From the IMG/VR virus record IMGVR_UViG_3300027534_000002, positions 128,570 to 192,569 of that record: a stretch of 64,000 nt of DNA. One strand, written 5' to 3'. Positions 1 to 10,441 of this stretch are shown here, piece after piece. How positions within the stretch are numbered: position 1 is the stretch's first letter; every line of letters begins with the position of its first letter. This DNA comes from a virus (lineage: Duplodnaviria; Caudoviricetes). The translations under genes and the position numbers were made by a program. A model generated the notes under the pieces. That model had not been told where the DNA came from. It saw only the letters and a program-made list of their open reading frames with translations, and made no database searches.

Positions 1-350
1 TTATTTTCTTTTTGCCGATCTCGAATACATCACCAATTCCAGTTGAGCCGAAAGATAATAGAGACGTTGATCTTGAATATCGAACAGAAATTGACCAATT
101 TCTTAAAGCGTTTAATGTAGATTATGTGCAGAAAAAAGGCAAAGTATTTCCAACAGAAGATTGCCCTGCTATGATTGAAATTTTTGGAGATAGGTCTGAA
201 AGACTAGAATTAGCAGCTCTTTACATCAAACCAAACGGCAACGCTTTTGGGGATGAAGATGGTTCTTTGATTAGTTTCAGCGAAGATACTGATGCAGAAG
301 ATACACTTTCTCCATTTGAAAAGGATGAATTATTGCGCAGCCTTTCCTAA
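1..350 (+). CDS. hypothetical acidic protein, probably 5'-truncated by the window edge
   Basis: Frame is open from the window start; stop at 348-350; no recognisable motif. Confidence 0.6.
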   Translation, partial: IFFLPISNTSPIPVEPKDNRDVDLEYRTEIDQFLKAFNVDYVQKKGKVFPTEDCPAMIEIFGDRSERLELAALYIKPNGNAFGDEDGSLISFSEDTDAEDTLSPFEKDELLRSLS

Positions 351-377
351 AAATGAAATATATTGGTAAATAAATCC

Positions 378-1607
378 ATGGACTTGCAAAAACTTTATAA
401 AATTTTAAAAGAAAACACATCATCTCATGATGATATAATGGATGAAATGGCGCAGATTGCAGGAGGATTGGATACTGCAATTAGAGACGTTATTGCACAA
501 AATTCTACATTATCCGATTCAGATCTTAGACGTGTTATCAGACGCGACGCAACAGTGCGATCTGAATTAGAAGCGTCTGGTGAAAAGTTACACGACAATC
601 AATTGAATCGGTTTATCGCAAAAGTCAAAGAAGGTAAACCAACAAAAGCACCAAAGCCACAAGAAAGAGAATGGAGTGACGTCGAACCAGATAAGGCGGA
701 AATCGCCCAAATGGTTCGCAAGACAATGGCAACAAAAAGAGCAGTCTCACCTAACCATAATCTTTCTCCAGCACAAGTAGAAGACTTGGTAGCAACACTT
801 GACGCTGTATCCGACGACCCAAGATCATTCCAAGAGTTATCAGTAGAATTGGCAAGCGACTATGAATTAACACCTGACGCAATTATTTCTATTTATAAAT
901 TTGAAAAGGGTGATGTCGAAGACACCGAAGATGAAGAAGGTGGGCCAGATCTACCAGAACCGGCTGACAAGGAGGATGAATTTGCTACTAAGGTTAAATT
1001 AGACATTCCAGAAGTGCCAGCAGCAAAGGTCGAACAAAAGGTGAAAGATAAAGCAGAGACTCTATTTGCTATCGGCATCAAGAGTGAATCTGATGTTCTT
1101 CGTCGCGTTCGCAGCTGGATCGATTCAAGAGATGAAGAAAGGGAAGTCGATGACCCAAGAGGACCGCACCCATTAGCAGGTGTTTCTGATGAGGTGGCTG
1201 ACGATGCATATAATGCAGTCGCGGCAGGATTGAAAGGATTACAAAAGACAGGGCTATCTAGAGCACGCAAATCAAAGCCAGGTGGTGCTGATTATGGCGG
1301 TGATAGCAGCGGTCGCACAGACAAAGCACCAAGTGCAGAAGAAATGGGGGTTGCGTTTGATTCCTTCCAAAACTTCGCCAATTCGATTGGAGAAAATCTT
1401 AAGACGTACAAGGCAACAGTTGTCACCAGATATCCACAGCAAATCAGATTTAGTGAAAAGTTCATTAATCAATTGGCTGAAGAATTCTTTAATCACAATA
1501 TGATCTCCGAAGATCAAGGATTTATTCGAAATCTAGAAGAAAAAATGGTTAAAGCGCTTCGAATGCATGTTTACGAGTTTGCTCGACAATATAAAGAAGC
1601 ACAATAA
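378..1607 (+). CDS. acidic hypothetical protein, possible internal head protein
   Basis: Long ORF; ATG at 378 follows TAAATA (367-372) by 5 nt; N-terminus MDLQKLYKILKE. Confidence 0.75.
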   Translation: MDLQKLYKILKENTSSHDDIMDEMAQIAGGLDTAIRDVIAQNSTLSDSDLRRVIRRDATVRSELEASGEKLHDNQLNRFIAKVKEGKPTKAPKPQEREWSDVEPDKAEIAQMVRKTMATKRAVSPNHNLSPAQVEDLVATLDAVSDDPRSFQELSVELASDYELTPDAIISIYKFEKGDVEDTEDEEGGPDLPEPADKEDEFATKVKLDIPEVPAAKVEQKVKDKAETLFAIGIKSESDVLRRVRSWIDSRDEEREVDDPRGPHPLAGVSDEVADDAYNAVAAGLKGLQKTGLSRARKSKPGGADYGGDSSGRTDKAPSAEEMGVAFDSFQNFANSIGENLKTYKATVVTRYPQQIRFSEKFINQLAEEFFNHNMISEDQGFIRNLEEKMVKALRMHVYEFARQYKEAQ

Positions 1608-1616
1608 AAATTAATT

Positions 1617-1643
1617 AAGGGGAGCCCAAAGCTCCCCTTTTTT
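1617..1643. terminator. intrinsic terminator between convergent genes
   Basis: AAGGGGAGC-CCAAA-GCTCCCCTT hairpin with a T-run, between the stops at 1607 (+) and 1649 (-). Confidence 0.8.
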
Positions 1644-1648
1644 ATTGC

Positions 1649-2389
1649 TTAGTAATTGCCAAATACAGAATCTCTATTGTCTGTATATGGTTTAATGGTC
1701 TCTGAAATCGCCTCGACGCTACCATCATATACCTTCGCCGGCACTGGCGACGCAGGATTAGTGCTGCCCGATAATCTGCCGAATATTTCTTCGTCAGAAA
1801 CATCTGGGTTTTCGGCTTCAGGTGGTGCACCCGGTTCATATGCATATTCAAATCTATTCGCCTCGAGAAACCAACCATAATGTCTGCCGAGGAAATCACC
1901 AGCAGCATTCTTACGATCGTAACGCTGTGTGACTTCAAATACTTCGGCGGTTCTTTGGCCCTTACGACCACACCCCGTATTAACTACTACAAACACATCT
2001 CCTGTTTTTGGTTCATCATTAGGGAAGTATGTATCCCAAACATCAAATGGAATGGCGACGCTCACTTCCGCCGATGTCTTTATACCGAACTTGCTCAATA
2101 CATTACTGTTCTTGGTTATTTCGACATACGCTCTGAAGGTAGTATCGTCACCAAATCCAGCCATCAAATCCTCCCCGAACAGAGTGTTCATTTGTTCTAG
2201 TTCAAGTTTATAAGGATAATACCGAATCATCACACCATATAGGTTTATGATATCTTTCAACCAACTGCCATATGTCAATTGATCATTGGTTGGTTGGGAT
2301 GCACACGATGGAATATACGAATAAGGAGTGTCTGAATCGTTTGGATTAAATGAAAAGGGCTCGTCTTGAGGATTGAAAGTAAAGGCCAT
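1649..2389 (-). CDS. gp14: T4 gp14-like neck protein
   Basis: IINLYGVMIRYYP, LFGED and LSKFGI motifs typical of gp14; divergent from a gp15-like gene. Confidence 0.75.
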   Translation of the reverse strand: MAFTFNPQDEPFSFNPNDSDTPYSYIPSCASQPTNDQLTYGSWLKDIINLYGVMIRYYPYKLELEQMNTLFGEDLMAGFGDDTTFRAYVEITKNSNVLSKFGIKTSAEVSVAIPFDVWDTYFPNDEPKTGDVFVVVNTGCGRKGQRTAEVFEVTQRYDRKNAAGDFLGRHYGWFLEANRFEYAYEPGAPPEAENPDVSDEEIFGRLSGSTNPASPVPAKVYDGSVEAISETIKPYTDNRDSVFGNY

Positions 2390-2392
2390 CGG

Positions 2393-2404
2393 TAAATATA
2401 TTTA
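2393..2404. promoter_or_regulatory. palindromic bidirectional late-type promoter TAAATATATTTA
   Basis: Perfect palindrome giving TAAATA on both strands between the divergent starts at 2389 and 2412. Confidence 0.55.
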
Positions 2405-2411
2405 TCACAGA

Positions 2412-4433
2412 ATGCGCGACTATACTTACAATTTTGAAATAGAGGATTTGATTGTTCAATTTATTGACGCATTTAATGACGTTATTATTAAGCGCTATAA
2501 TAAAGACAGAGTCGCACAAGATCATATACATGCCAATTTTGTATATTCTCCCAAAAAGAGAATGATCTATGACATTTTAAACAAAAATCCAAATCCAGTG
2601 AATATGCCGACAATTGCGGTGTATATTAAAAGCATTTCGAGAGATTCGACAAGGGTTGAAAATAAAATAGATAAAAGTTTTTACGTTAACGATTCGGGTA
2701 CATACAAACAAAGAAGGCAACCAGTACCTGTGAATGTTCAGATGGGGATGTCTGTAATCACAAAGAGCACTCAAGACATGCTTCAATTGATGAGTAACTG
2801 GGTTCCGTATACAGATCCATATATCTACATCGATGTTGTAGACCCAAGTACAAAACAAACATTAAGAACAAAGGTTACATGGACCGGAGAAATCTCGATT
2901 AACCAAGAACTGGACGTTCCAGACAATTCAACATTTCGGACTGGATTCGACACTTCATTTACAATTGAGGGCTATTTATTTAAAGCACCTATAGGAGATG
3001 AAGGGCATATTTGTAAGGTGGTTACAAATATGATATCTGTTACATCGATGAACAATTGCTTCCTCGATATCCAATCATTTGAAAAATCAATCAACGCGAC
3101 AGAAGACAACAAGATTACATTCTCTATTAAGGGTGTACCTAAACTTAGATGCTTGTCACCATTTGCAATGAACCTTGGGTTAACCAAGTATAATTTCCAA
3201 ATCACAGGACAAAACTTAGACTTTACATCAAATCTATACATAAGTGCAACACCGGGGATGTTCCCCACATCTGCATACAATTATTACAATCTATTTCCAG
3301 ATACTAGTGCAACCTCTGCAATTAACGTATGCTCTGAGAACCCGTCAGTAACAACGTCAATTACATCAAGCGAATGCCCACCGTTCTACGCAATTCCTAT
3401 ATCAGCATATACGATCAATTCAGTAGGCAATACAATTGATTTTACACTGCCGTATATACCAGACACAGAAGGCATATTCGATATAATAGCAACATCGAAA
3501 TGTGGTTGCTCTAGGCTATCCATTGATAGCGTTCTTGAAACGTATAATCCATATCCATCAGGCACAAATGATTATGAAAATTATATCCCATATCAACCAC
3601 CATATGCACAAACAGAATATGGTGGTGCTGTAATCTTTAATGTCAATTGCGACGATTTAGCAGGAAGAGTAATTGCATTGGAGGCACTAACTGCGGGGTA
3701 CACATCTACTCAAAACACAGTAACAGCAAACAGTGCGAATTGGAATGCAACATATAGTATAATATCAGCAAATAGTGCTAGTTGGAATAATGCATATGCA
3801 TTGTCATTAGCAAATTCGGCTACATTGATACAGATATCCGCATATACCTTAACAAGCACAAATACACCAAATGCAGCATTAGCCCAGCTTAGTGCAGATG
3901 TAATTTCTCTATCCGCGTCTCTCGGTGCCTTAGAATATCATCATTATAATTCCACATATAGCGTTCTTGGTGATTTTATAACATACGAATATAGCACAGC
4001 CAATGTCAGCAGAGGCGATACAGTTAAGCTCGCAAACGGTCGTATATTTTTATTAACAACCAGTAGTGGTACACTGTCTGCAGATTATCTTGAGATAAAT
4101 CCATATCCAATACAACCAATATACATCACAAATATATCAAATTATGGCACTGTAAATGCGTTTAATCTGTCATCATTCAATACAGCCAAATATACAATGC
4201 AAGTAGATGACCTCGCACTGAGCGCATCACAATACTCAGAACTCGTAGTTATAGCATCAAACACAGATTCATCAATATTAGAGTATGCATTAACTTACAC
4301 ATCAGGATCTCCGTTAGTTGAATATGGCGTTTACTCCAACGGAGTGACAGTGACATTGTCAGCATATTCAGCATCAGGATCGATGACGAATAAAACATTC
4401 AAAGGAACACGCACTAATTTCTTTAAGAGATGA
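2412..4433 (+). CDS. gp15: gp15-like tail sheath stabiliser/terminator with a long C-terminal extension
   Basis: N-terminus YTYNFEIEDLIVQFIDAFNDVIIKRY...FVYSPKKR matches gp15; followed by ~450 extra aa including SANW repeats. ATG at 2412 preferred over 2373. Confidence 0.7.
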   Translation: MRDYTYNFEIEDLIVQFIDAFNDVIIKRYNKDRVAQDHIHANFVYSPKKRMIYDILNKNPNPVNMPTIAVYIKSISRDSTRVENKIDKSFYVNDSGTYKQRRQPVPVNVQMGMSVITKSTQDMLQLMSNWVPYTDPYIYIDVVDPSTKQTLRTKVTWTGEISINQELDVPDNSTFRTGFDTSFTIEGYLFKAPIGDEGHICKVVTNMISVTSMNNCFLDIQSFEKSINATEDNKITFSIKGVPKLRCLSPFAMNLGLTKYNFQITGQNLDFTSNLYISATPGMFPTSAYNYYNLFPDTSATSAINVCSENPSVTTSITSSECPPFYAIPISAYTINSVGNTIDFTLPYIPDTEGIFDIIATSKCGCSRLSIDSVLETYNPYPSGTNDYENYIPYQPPYAQTEYGGAVIFNVNCDDLAGRVIALEALTAGYTSTQNTVTANSANWNATYSIISANSASWNNAYALSLANSATLIQISAYTLTSTNTPNAALAQLSADVISLSASLGALEYHHYNSTYSVLGDFITYEYSTANVSRGDTVKLANGRIFLLTTSSGTLSADYLEINPYPIQPIYITNISNYGTVNAFNLSSFNTAKYTMQVDDLALSASQYSELVVIASNTDSSILEYALTYTSGSPLVEYGVYSNGVTVTLSAYSASGSMTNKTFKGTRTNFFKR

Positions 4434-5188
4434 CACTATTTTTAACACGAAGAGTTTCTGCGCTAGAGGCGCTGACTGCGGCATATACTAGCACACAGAC
4501 TGTAGTATATACCAATAGTGCATCGTGGCAAAATTCGTTCACAATATTATCAAGCAATAGTGCATCATGGTTGCTCACTGACCAAATAAACGCTTCTATT
4601 GGATCCTTTATAACTTCGATCACCGCAGTATCAGCAAGCATTCTCAATCTATCCTTATTAGTGTCAAGCATAAGTGCTGATATCACCGATACGCCCTTTG
4701 ATAATTTTAACTCCAATTATAATACTCTTACTGGTTTCATAACATATGAATTAGGTTCTGTGAATATTCATAAGGGGGATACGGTGTATCTCAAAAATGG
4801 TAAAATATTCATGTTCGCCACTGGCAATGGTGCATCAGTAAACGACTATATCAATATAAACGACAATGTAGCTGATGTCATTTATGCCAAAAATTTAAGT
4901 GCAGGGGATGTATTAGATGCATTTGCACTATCGTCTATCGGTGCTATAAAATATGAAATCGAAGTTAAAGACTTGTCTACCAACGATTTATATTTTTCAT
5001 CACTAATTGTGCATCCATCAAATACTGCTGTCGATTTAATTGAATATTCGATTGTGTATACATCAACTCCATTTATTTCATATGATGCTGTTATTTCATC
5101 CGCCGCAGTCATATTAAAAGCATCAACCACACAGAATGTTCTTTCGACAAAAGAATTTAAAGGCATTAGACTAAAACATTATGTATAA
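4430..5188 (+). CDS. virion structural protein, paralog of the gp15 C-terminal extension
   Basis: RVSALEALTAAYTSTQ and FITYE...GDTVYLKNGKIF align with the last ~260 aa of the 2412-4433 protein; ATGA overlap. Confidence 0.7.
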   Translation: MTLFLTRRVSALEALTAAYTSTQTVVYTNSASWQNSFTILSSNSASWLLTDQINASIGSFITSITAVSASILNLSLLVSSISADITDTPFDNFNSNYNTLTGFITYELGSVNIHKGDTVYLKNGKIFMFATGNGASVNDYININDNVADVIYAKNLSAGDVLDAFALSSIGAIKYEIEVKDLSTNDLYFSSLIVHPSNTAVDLIEYSIVYTSTPFISYDAVISSAAVILKASTTQNVLSTKEFKGIRLKHYV

Positions 5189-5223
5189 TGATCCGGTATG
5201 TATAAGTAGCTTTTAATAAAAAA

Positions 5224-8200
5224 ATGGCTGGATATGACAAAGCATTTATCGTAAGAAACTATTTTAACGCGCTGAGCGGGGCGTTCTTTGGAAATACAAT
5301 ATCTGGTGTTTCTATTAGCACGTCGGGTAAAATATTATCAGCGGGCGTTGATTTGTCACTGATATTTGCATCACAAAATAACACAGCAAGTTGGAATGCT
5401 GCGTACACTACACTAACAGCCAATAGTGCTAGTTGGAATAATACTACGGTTACAGTTATAGCCAATAGTGCTAGTTGGAATGCTGCTTACACTACATTAA
5501 CAGTAAACAGTGGAAATTGGAATAACACTACAAATGTTGTTAATGCAAATAGTGCCAGCTGGAATTCTACTACCAGCACCGTGAATGCGAATAGCTCCAA
5601 CTGGAACACTTCGTATACAATACTGACAGCAAATAGTGCCAGCTGGAATTCTACAACCAGCACAGTGAATACTAATAGTGCCAACTGGGGATCTTCGTAT
5701 ACAATACTGACATCAAATAGTGCCAGTTGGAATAACACTACAAATGTTGTTAATGCAAATAGTGCCAGCTGGAATTCTACTACCAGCACAGTGAATACTA
5801 ATAGTGCCAACTGGGACACTTCGTATACTACCATAACAGCAAACAGCGCATCATGGGGATCTGGCAGTGGCAACACATCCGTCAACGCCGCAGTTACGTC
5901 TAATAGTGCTAATTGGAATACTTCATATACTACTCTGACTGCAAACAGTGCCAATTGGAATTCTACATATGCTACAGTAACAGCCAATAGTGCCTCATGG
6001 GGATCTGGCAGTGGTAATGCTGCAGTTAACGCGGCAGTAACGACGAACAGTGCTAATTGGAATACTTCATATACTACTCTGACTGCAAACAGCTCATCGT
6101 GGTTCCCAGCAGGAACAGGAACAGAAATTCAATTTAAAAATGGAAATGTTTTTGGAGCAGTATCAGGTTCATCCGTATTAGGCACTTCTATAACAGCAAT
6201 TGGTGGTTTGACTTTGCAAACGACAGTAACTGCAGTCTATGGTACATTTATTACTCTACGGACACTAACACCGGCAACGTCGGCTGTTCAATATACATCA
6301 CCAGCATTAAGATTTACAACGACTGGGTGGAATACTACCGTTTCGGGTGTTTCTGCAGTTTCGGCGAGCAGACCAGTGGACGCAGAGCTTTTTCTGCAGA
6401 GTAACTCGGCCCCAGGCGAACCTGACTCAACTGCTATTTTCCGTTTTCGTACAAATTCAGGCGCGTGGACCAACCTACTATCTATCAGACACAGCACAAC
6501 CAATGGGCATTTGATAAATATCGGTGGCGTGCAGATATCGCAAAATAACGGCAGCACCTTTGTAAACACTTTGGATGTCGGGGGCAACATATTACACAAT
6601 GCAAACGGTCTCACAATTAGAAACGACTATGCGTTAAGATGGTCGTCGACGACCCAAGTGCATGGGGCGGCAGATCTATTCTTACGCCGCAGATCAGCGC
6701 ATAATTTATGCTTAGGAACTACCGATACGTCTGCCATAAACCCTCAAACAATTTCGGTCCAATCTGTTGCAGCAGGAACGACTAACAGTCCAGGTTCAGC
6801 ATTTACTATTGACGGTTCGCAAGGAACCGGGACGGGTGCTGGAGGTGACATCATTTTCCGGGTAGCACCTGGGGGGGTTTCCTCTGCTGCTCAAAACCCT
6901 TTAACAGAAGTTTTTAGAATCAAAGCAGGCACTAGCGGACCCCCACAAATAGCTTTCTACGGGACTAATCCTAACGGGTTTTTCTACACGCCAGGAGCTA
7001 CTATACTAGCTTACCGTGGTTCGCAGTTTAGAATTGAAGGATCAAACGCGATAGATTCTACTGCACTCTTTGTAATGGGAAATACTGCCCGTGTTCAAAT
7101 GCGGCCTAGATCCCTGGACAACTTGTGCCTTGGTCCAGTGGATGCCGCATCTCCGTTTCCGCAAACAATTTCCACACAAAGTGCAACAAGTTCTGCAAAT
7201 GCCGCAGGCTCATTATTCTCAATTGATGGTTCTCAAAGCACTGGAAATGCACTAGGAGGAGATATCAGATTCCGTACCACAAATGCAAGCACTGTTCCAA
7301 GTAATAGTGCTACACAAAATGTATTGAATGAAGTATTCCGTATCAAATCCACAGGGGCGATTAATCTTAACCCTTTAGCCGTTGAACCATCTCTTCCTTC
7401 GTCGGGAGATGTGTATTTTGATTCTGCTCAAACTACTTTAAAGTTCTATGACGGATTTGCATGGATAGATCTTAAGAGTGCTAATACAATATTAATTGCG
7501 AACAGTGCCAATTGGAATTCTACATATGCTACAGTAACAGCCAATAGTGCCTCATGGGGATCAGGCCGCGGCAATGCAGCAGTCAATGCAGCAGTGACAG
7601 CGAATAGTGCTAATTGGAATACTTCATATACTACTCTGACTGCAAACAGTGCTAATTGGAATTCGACATATGCTACAGTAACGGCAAACAGCGCATCGTG
7701 GGGATCTGGCAGTGGTAATGCTGCAGTTGATGCTGTAGTTATTGCGAATAGTGCTAATTGGAATACTTCATATACAACATTAACAGCCAATAGTGCTAAC
7801 TGGAATTCTACGTATGCTACAGTAACTGCGAATAGCGGAAATTATATTTTAAATGGAGGCAATGACACAAATTCTTCATTGACACTAGGAACTAATTCAA
7901 ATTTCGATTTAGATTTTAAAACAAATAACGTAACTGGAATGAAGTTTTCTAGGTTTGGTCAATTAGGAATTGGAACAACTACTCCGGTTGGAAAATTACA
8001 TATTAATGATACCATTCACGCAGGATCGAGTGGATTATCTGATCCTGCATTAAATATCACTCAAACATGGAATACTTCTGGAACACCAGTGTCATTTAGT
8101 TTAAATGTTACAGATTTATCAAGTAATGCAAACTCTTCTTTACTTAACTTATCAATAGGTGGCGCATCTCTTTTTAGAATTGCAAAATCTGGAAATATAA

Positions 8201-9345
8201 TTATTCCCGCAAATGCTAGATTAACAGATAATACAAATAGTTTTGTAGTGAGAGACACTACGAGATCTAGTGCCGCAGTGCTGTCTTCTATGCAAGGCAT
8301 GAAATTTATATATGGAAGTAGTCTACAGCATGTGGCAGAATTTATTAATAATGGTTGGCTCAACCTTCCTACTAGATTAGTTATAACTAATCCTAATGCT
8401 GGGGCGGATTTGATTTCAGGTCCGCGTTGGACATTAGCAGGAAATGGAGGCTCTGGTGAATTCGTCGTATTTGACCAAAGTGGCAATCCAGGTCATTTAT
8501 GTCTTGGAAATAACAATAAACTGATGTGGGACGCAAATAATGCATTTGGTGTTAGAAATGGAACGAATGCACAAACATTTTCAATTTACAGAACATTTAC
8601 AAATTCTACAACATATGAAAGATTAGTGTTCAAATCTTCCGCAGGTAATAATATCATTGGAGCAGAAACTTCTCCGGGAAGCGCAACTTGGAGAAATATT
8701 GAATTTCAAACTCTGACCGCAACGAGAATGTCTATTAAAACTAATGGTTCAGTTAATTTCGCAGGTATATCAACCGATCCGACTGTAAATTCCGCAGGAG
8801 ATGTTTATTATAATTCAACTTTTAATTCATTAAAATTATTCGATGGTACTGCTTTTGTTCCAGTAAACACGACTAGAACAATTGCAACTTTTACCGCATT
8901 GGAAAATCATCCAGTTTCTGCAAATTTCGCAACATTGAATACACGAAATTTTGATAACGTAGGAGTTCTACAATTTGCAGCAGGAAGTCCAATCAGAGAA
9001 GCAAGATTTATTAGTGTAATTCCTGATAATGCAGTTTTAGCAAATGGATTACTAATTAGAACGCAATTCTCTACAATTACCGCAACATCTGGTTCATGCC
9101 GTTGGGGAGCGCAAATTAAAAAATTATCATCAACTTCATATGCAGCATCTGCGGGAATAGATGTAACTGTTTCTGGAACTGCTAATCAAACAACTATGAC
9201 AGGAACAATCACATTGCCATCAATTGATAGTTTAGCTCCGGGAGATGCATATGCATTAAGAATATTCAGAGAAAGCAGTAATGTTGCTGATACATTAGTA
9301 GATTCGGCTCAACTATTAACAGTAGAAGTTAGAACAAATATTTAA
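5224..9345 (+). CDS. long tail fibre/adhesin-like protein with T-A-N-S-A-(N/S)-W repeats
   Basis: 1373 aa, S/T/N/A-rich, two blocks of ~14-aa repeats, LGIGTTTP fibre motif, two GDVY(F/Y) modules. Confidence 0.75.
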   Translation: MAGYDKAFIVRNYFNALSGAFFGNTISGVSISTSGKILSAGVDLSLIFASQNNTASWNAAYTTLTANSASWNNTTVTVIANSASWNAAYTTLTVNSGNWNNTTNVVNANSASWNSTTSTVNANSSNWNTSYTILTANSASWNSTTSTVNTNSANWGSSYTILTSNSASWNNTTNVVNANSASWNSTTSTVNTNSANWDTSYTTITANSASWGSGSGNTSVNAAVTSNSANWNTSYTTLTANSANWNSTYATVTANSASWGSGSGNAAVNAAVTTNSANWNTSYTTLTANSSSWFPAGTGTEIQFKNGNVFGAVSGSSVLGTSITAIGGLTLQTTVTAVYGTFITLRTLTPATSAVQYTSPALRFTTTGWNTTVSGVSAVSASRPVDAELFLQSNSAPGEPDSTAIFRFRTNSGAWTNLLSIRHSTTNGHLINIGGVQISQNNGSTFVNTLDVGGNILHNANGLTIRNDYALRWSSTTQVHGAADLFLRRRSAHNLCLGTTDTSAINPQTISVQSVAAGTTNSPGSAFTIDGSQGTGTGAGGDIIFRVAPGGVSSAAQNPLTEVFRIKAGTSGPPQIAFYGTNPNGFFYTPGATILAYRGSQFRIEGSNAIDSTALFVMGNTARVQMRPRSLDNLCLGPVDAASPFPQTISTQSATSSANAAGSLFSIDGSQSTGNALGGDIRFRTTNASTVPSNSATQNVLNEVFRIKSTGAINLNPLAVEPSLPSSGDVYFDSAQTTLKFYDGFAWIDLKSANTILIANSANWNSTYATVTANSASWGSGRGNAAVNAAVTANSANWNTSYTTLTANSANWNSTYATVTANSASWGSGSGNAAVDAVVIANSANWNTSYTTLTANSANWNSTYATVTANSGNYILNGGNDTNSSLTLGTNSNFDLDFKTNNVTGMKFSRFGQLGIGTTTPVGKLHINDTIHAGSSGLSDPALNITQTWNTSGTPVSFSLNVTDLSSNANSSLLNLSIGGASLFRIAKSGNIIIPANARLTDNTNSFVVRDTTRSSAAVLSSMQGMKFIYGSSLQHVAEFINNGWLNLPTRLVITNPNAGADLISGPRWTLAGNGGSGEFVVFDQSGNPGHLCLGNNNKLMWDANNAFGVRNGTNAQTFSIYRTFTNSTTYERLVFKSSAGNNIIGAETSPGSATWRNIEFQTLTATRMSIKTNGSVNFAGISTDPTVNSAGDVYYNSTFNSLKLFDGTAFVPVNTTRTIATFTALENHPVSANFATLNTRNFDNVGVLQFAAGSPIREARFISVIPDNAVLANGLLIRTQFSTITATSGSCRWGAQIKKLSSTSYAASAGIDVTVSGTANQTTMTGTITLPSIDSLAPGDAYALRIFRESSNVADTLVDSAQLLTVEVRTNI
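5380..6095 (+). repeat. intragenic ~42-bp coding repeats (TANSA(N/S)W), block 1
   Basis: Repeated AA(T/C)AGTGC(T/C)A(A/G)TTGG cores at ~42-bp spacing. Confidence 0.85.
7495..7840 (+). repeat. intragenic coding repeats, block 2 (near-identical to the 3' part of block 1)
   Basis: AACAGTGCCAATTGGAATTCTACATATGCTACAGTAACAGCCAATAGTGCCTCATGGGGATC occurs at both ~5944 and ~7501. Confidence 0.85.
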
Positions 9346-9354
9346 TAAATTATT

Positions 9355-9992
9355 ATGGCACTTTCATTTAATGGCGCAAATGCTTTGGTAAATATAATAT
9401 CTCCCCGGTAGTATCGGTTCCGTTGACCATTGCTTGTTGGTTTCGACCTTTAGTATTCCAAGGGCAAGCAGTAACTTTTACTTCGGCTATTGGCGCGACA
9501 CACGTTCTCCTCGGAATAAACACAAGTGGCCAATGTGTCACTTCTATGAGAGATGACAACTTCCAATCAGGAATTGCAACTACTGCAACAATTTCTGCAA
9601 CACTTGGAAACTGGCAACATATTGCATGTGTTCATAACTCTATAAGTGCAAGAACCGCTTATTTAAATGGAGTTGCATCGCCCGTAGGTACGTTTGTTCT
9701 TGTCGGAACAGTACAACCTTTGTTTAGAACAGCAATAGGAGCTAGGAGAACTGGCGGACTTGATTCTTTTGCAAATGGCGATGTTGCGGAAGTCGGGGTC
9801 TGGAATACAGTTTTGACTGCTGAAGAAATCGCATCTCTGGCAAGAGGATTCAAACCATCCAAAATCTGTCCATCCTCTCTAGCTTTTTATACTCCTCTCA
9901 TCCGTGCAAGACAAGATGTACGTAATAATCTTGTATTAACTGATTCAGGCACCGGATTGGTACAGGAAGTGACTCATCCGAGAATAATATAA
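9355..9992 (+). CDS. LamG/concanavalin-A-like jelly-roll protein, apparently frameshifted near the 5' end
   Basis: PLTIACWF, WQHIACV, AYLNG, FANGDVAEVGVWNTVLTAEEI. ATG at 9355 (MALSFNG) is out of frame with the body, which is open only from 9372. Confidence 0.65.
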
Positions 9993-10030
9993 ATCACGAA
10001 GATTTAGACATTATAACTATAAATATAATT

Positions 10031-10366
10031 ATGCCAATACCAATTCCAGAAATAATTCAAACTCCACTAATTCCAGCAAAAACATTTGATATTTTGTGGA
10101 TTTACAATCTTGCAATTTTTTGCCCATCAACTACAAACGGAACAGTCAAAATTGCCTGTTTGCCTATGTCTTCTGCTACGGGTGAACTAGGATCGACTAA
10201 TTTAATGCAAATGGTGCAAACCGACGACTTATTTTCTGCCGTGAGCGAAGTACCCGAAGTTGCCATTGCATTCCAAGCAGTTATTAACGCAGTAGCACCT
10301 CTTCAAGCATGGATCGATGCAAAAAATTCCCCACCAACTCCAGAGCCAACTCCAGAGCCAGTATAA
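10031..10366 (+). CDS. hypothetical protein, fibre-associated
   Basis: TAAATA 5 nt before the ATG; C-terminal PTPEPTPEP. Confidence 0.7.
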   Translation: MPIPIPEIIQTPLIPAKTFDILWIYNLAIFCPSTTNGTVKIACLPMSSATGELGSTNLMQMVQTDDLFSAVSEVPEVAIAFQAVINAVAPLQAWIDAKNSPPTPEPTPEPV

Positions 10367-10441
10367 GACTAATCGGGATTTTTAATATAGTATGCGCAAT
10401 ATAGATGGAAATATTGTATATGTCAAATAAATACAATTAAT

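Noticed and set aside
5259-8486. Antisense ORFs in the fibre gene, and similar shadow ORFs over gp23, the LRR genes and the early array
   Set aside because: They arise from repeat periodicity or codon bias on the opposite strand and have no start signals.
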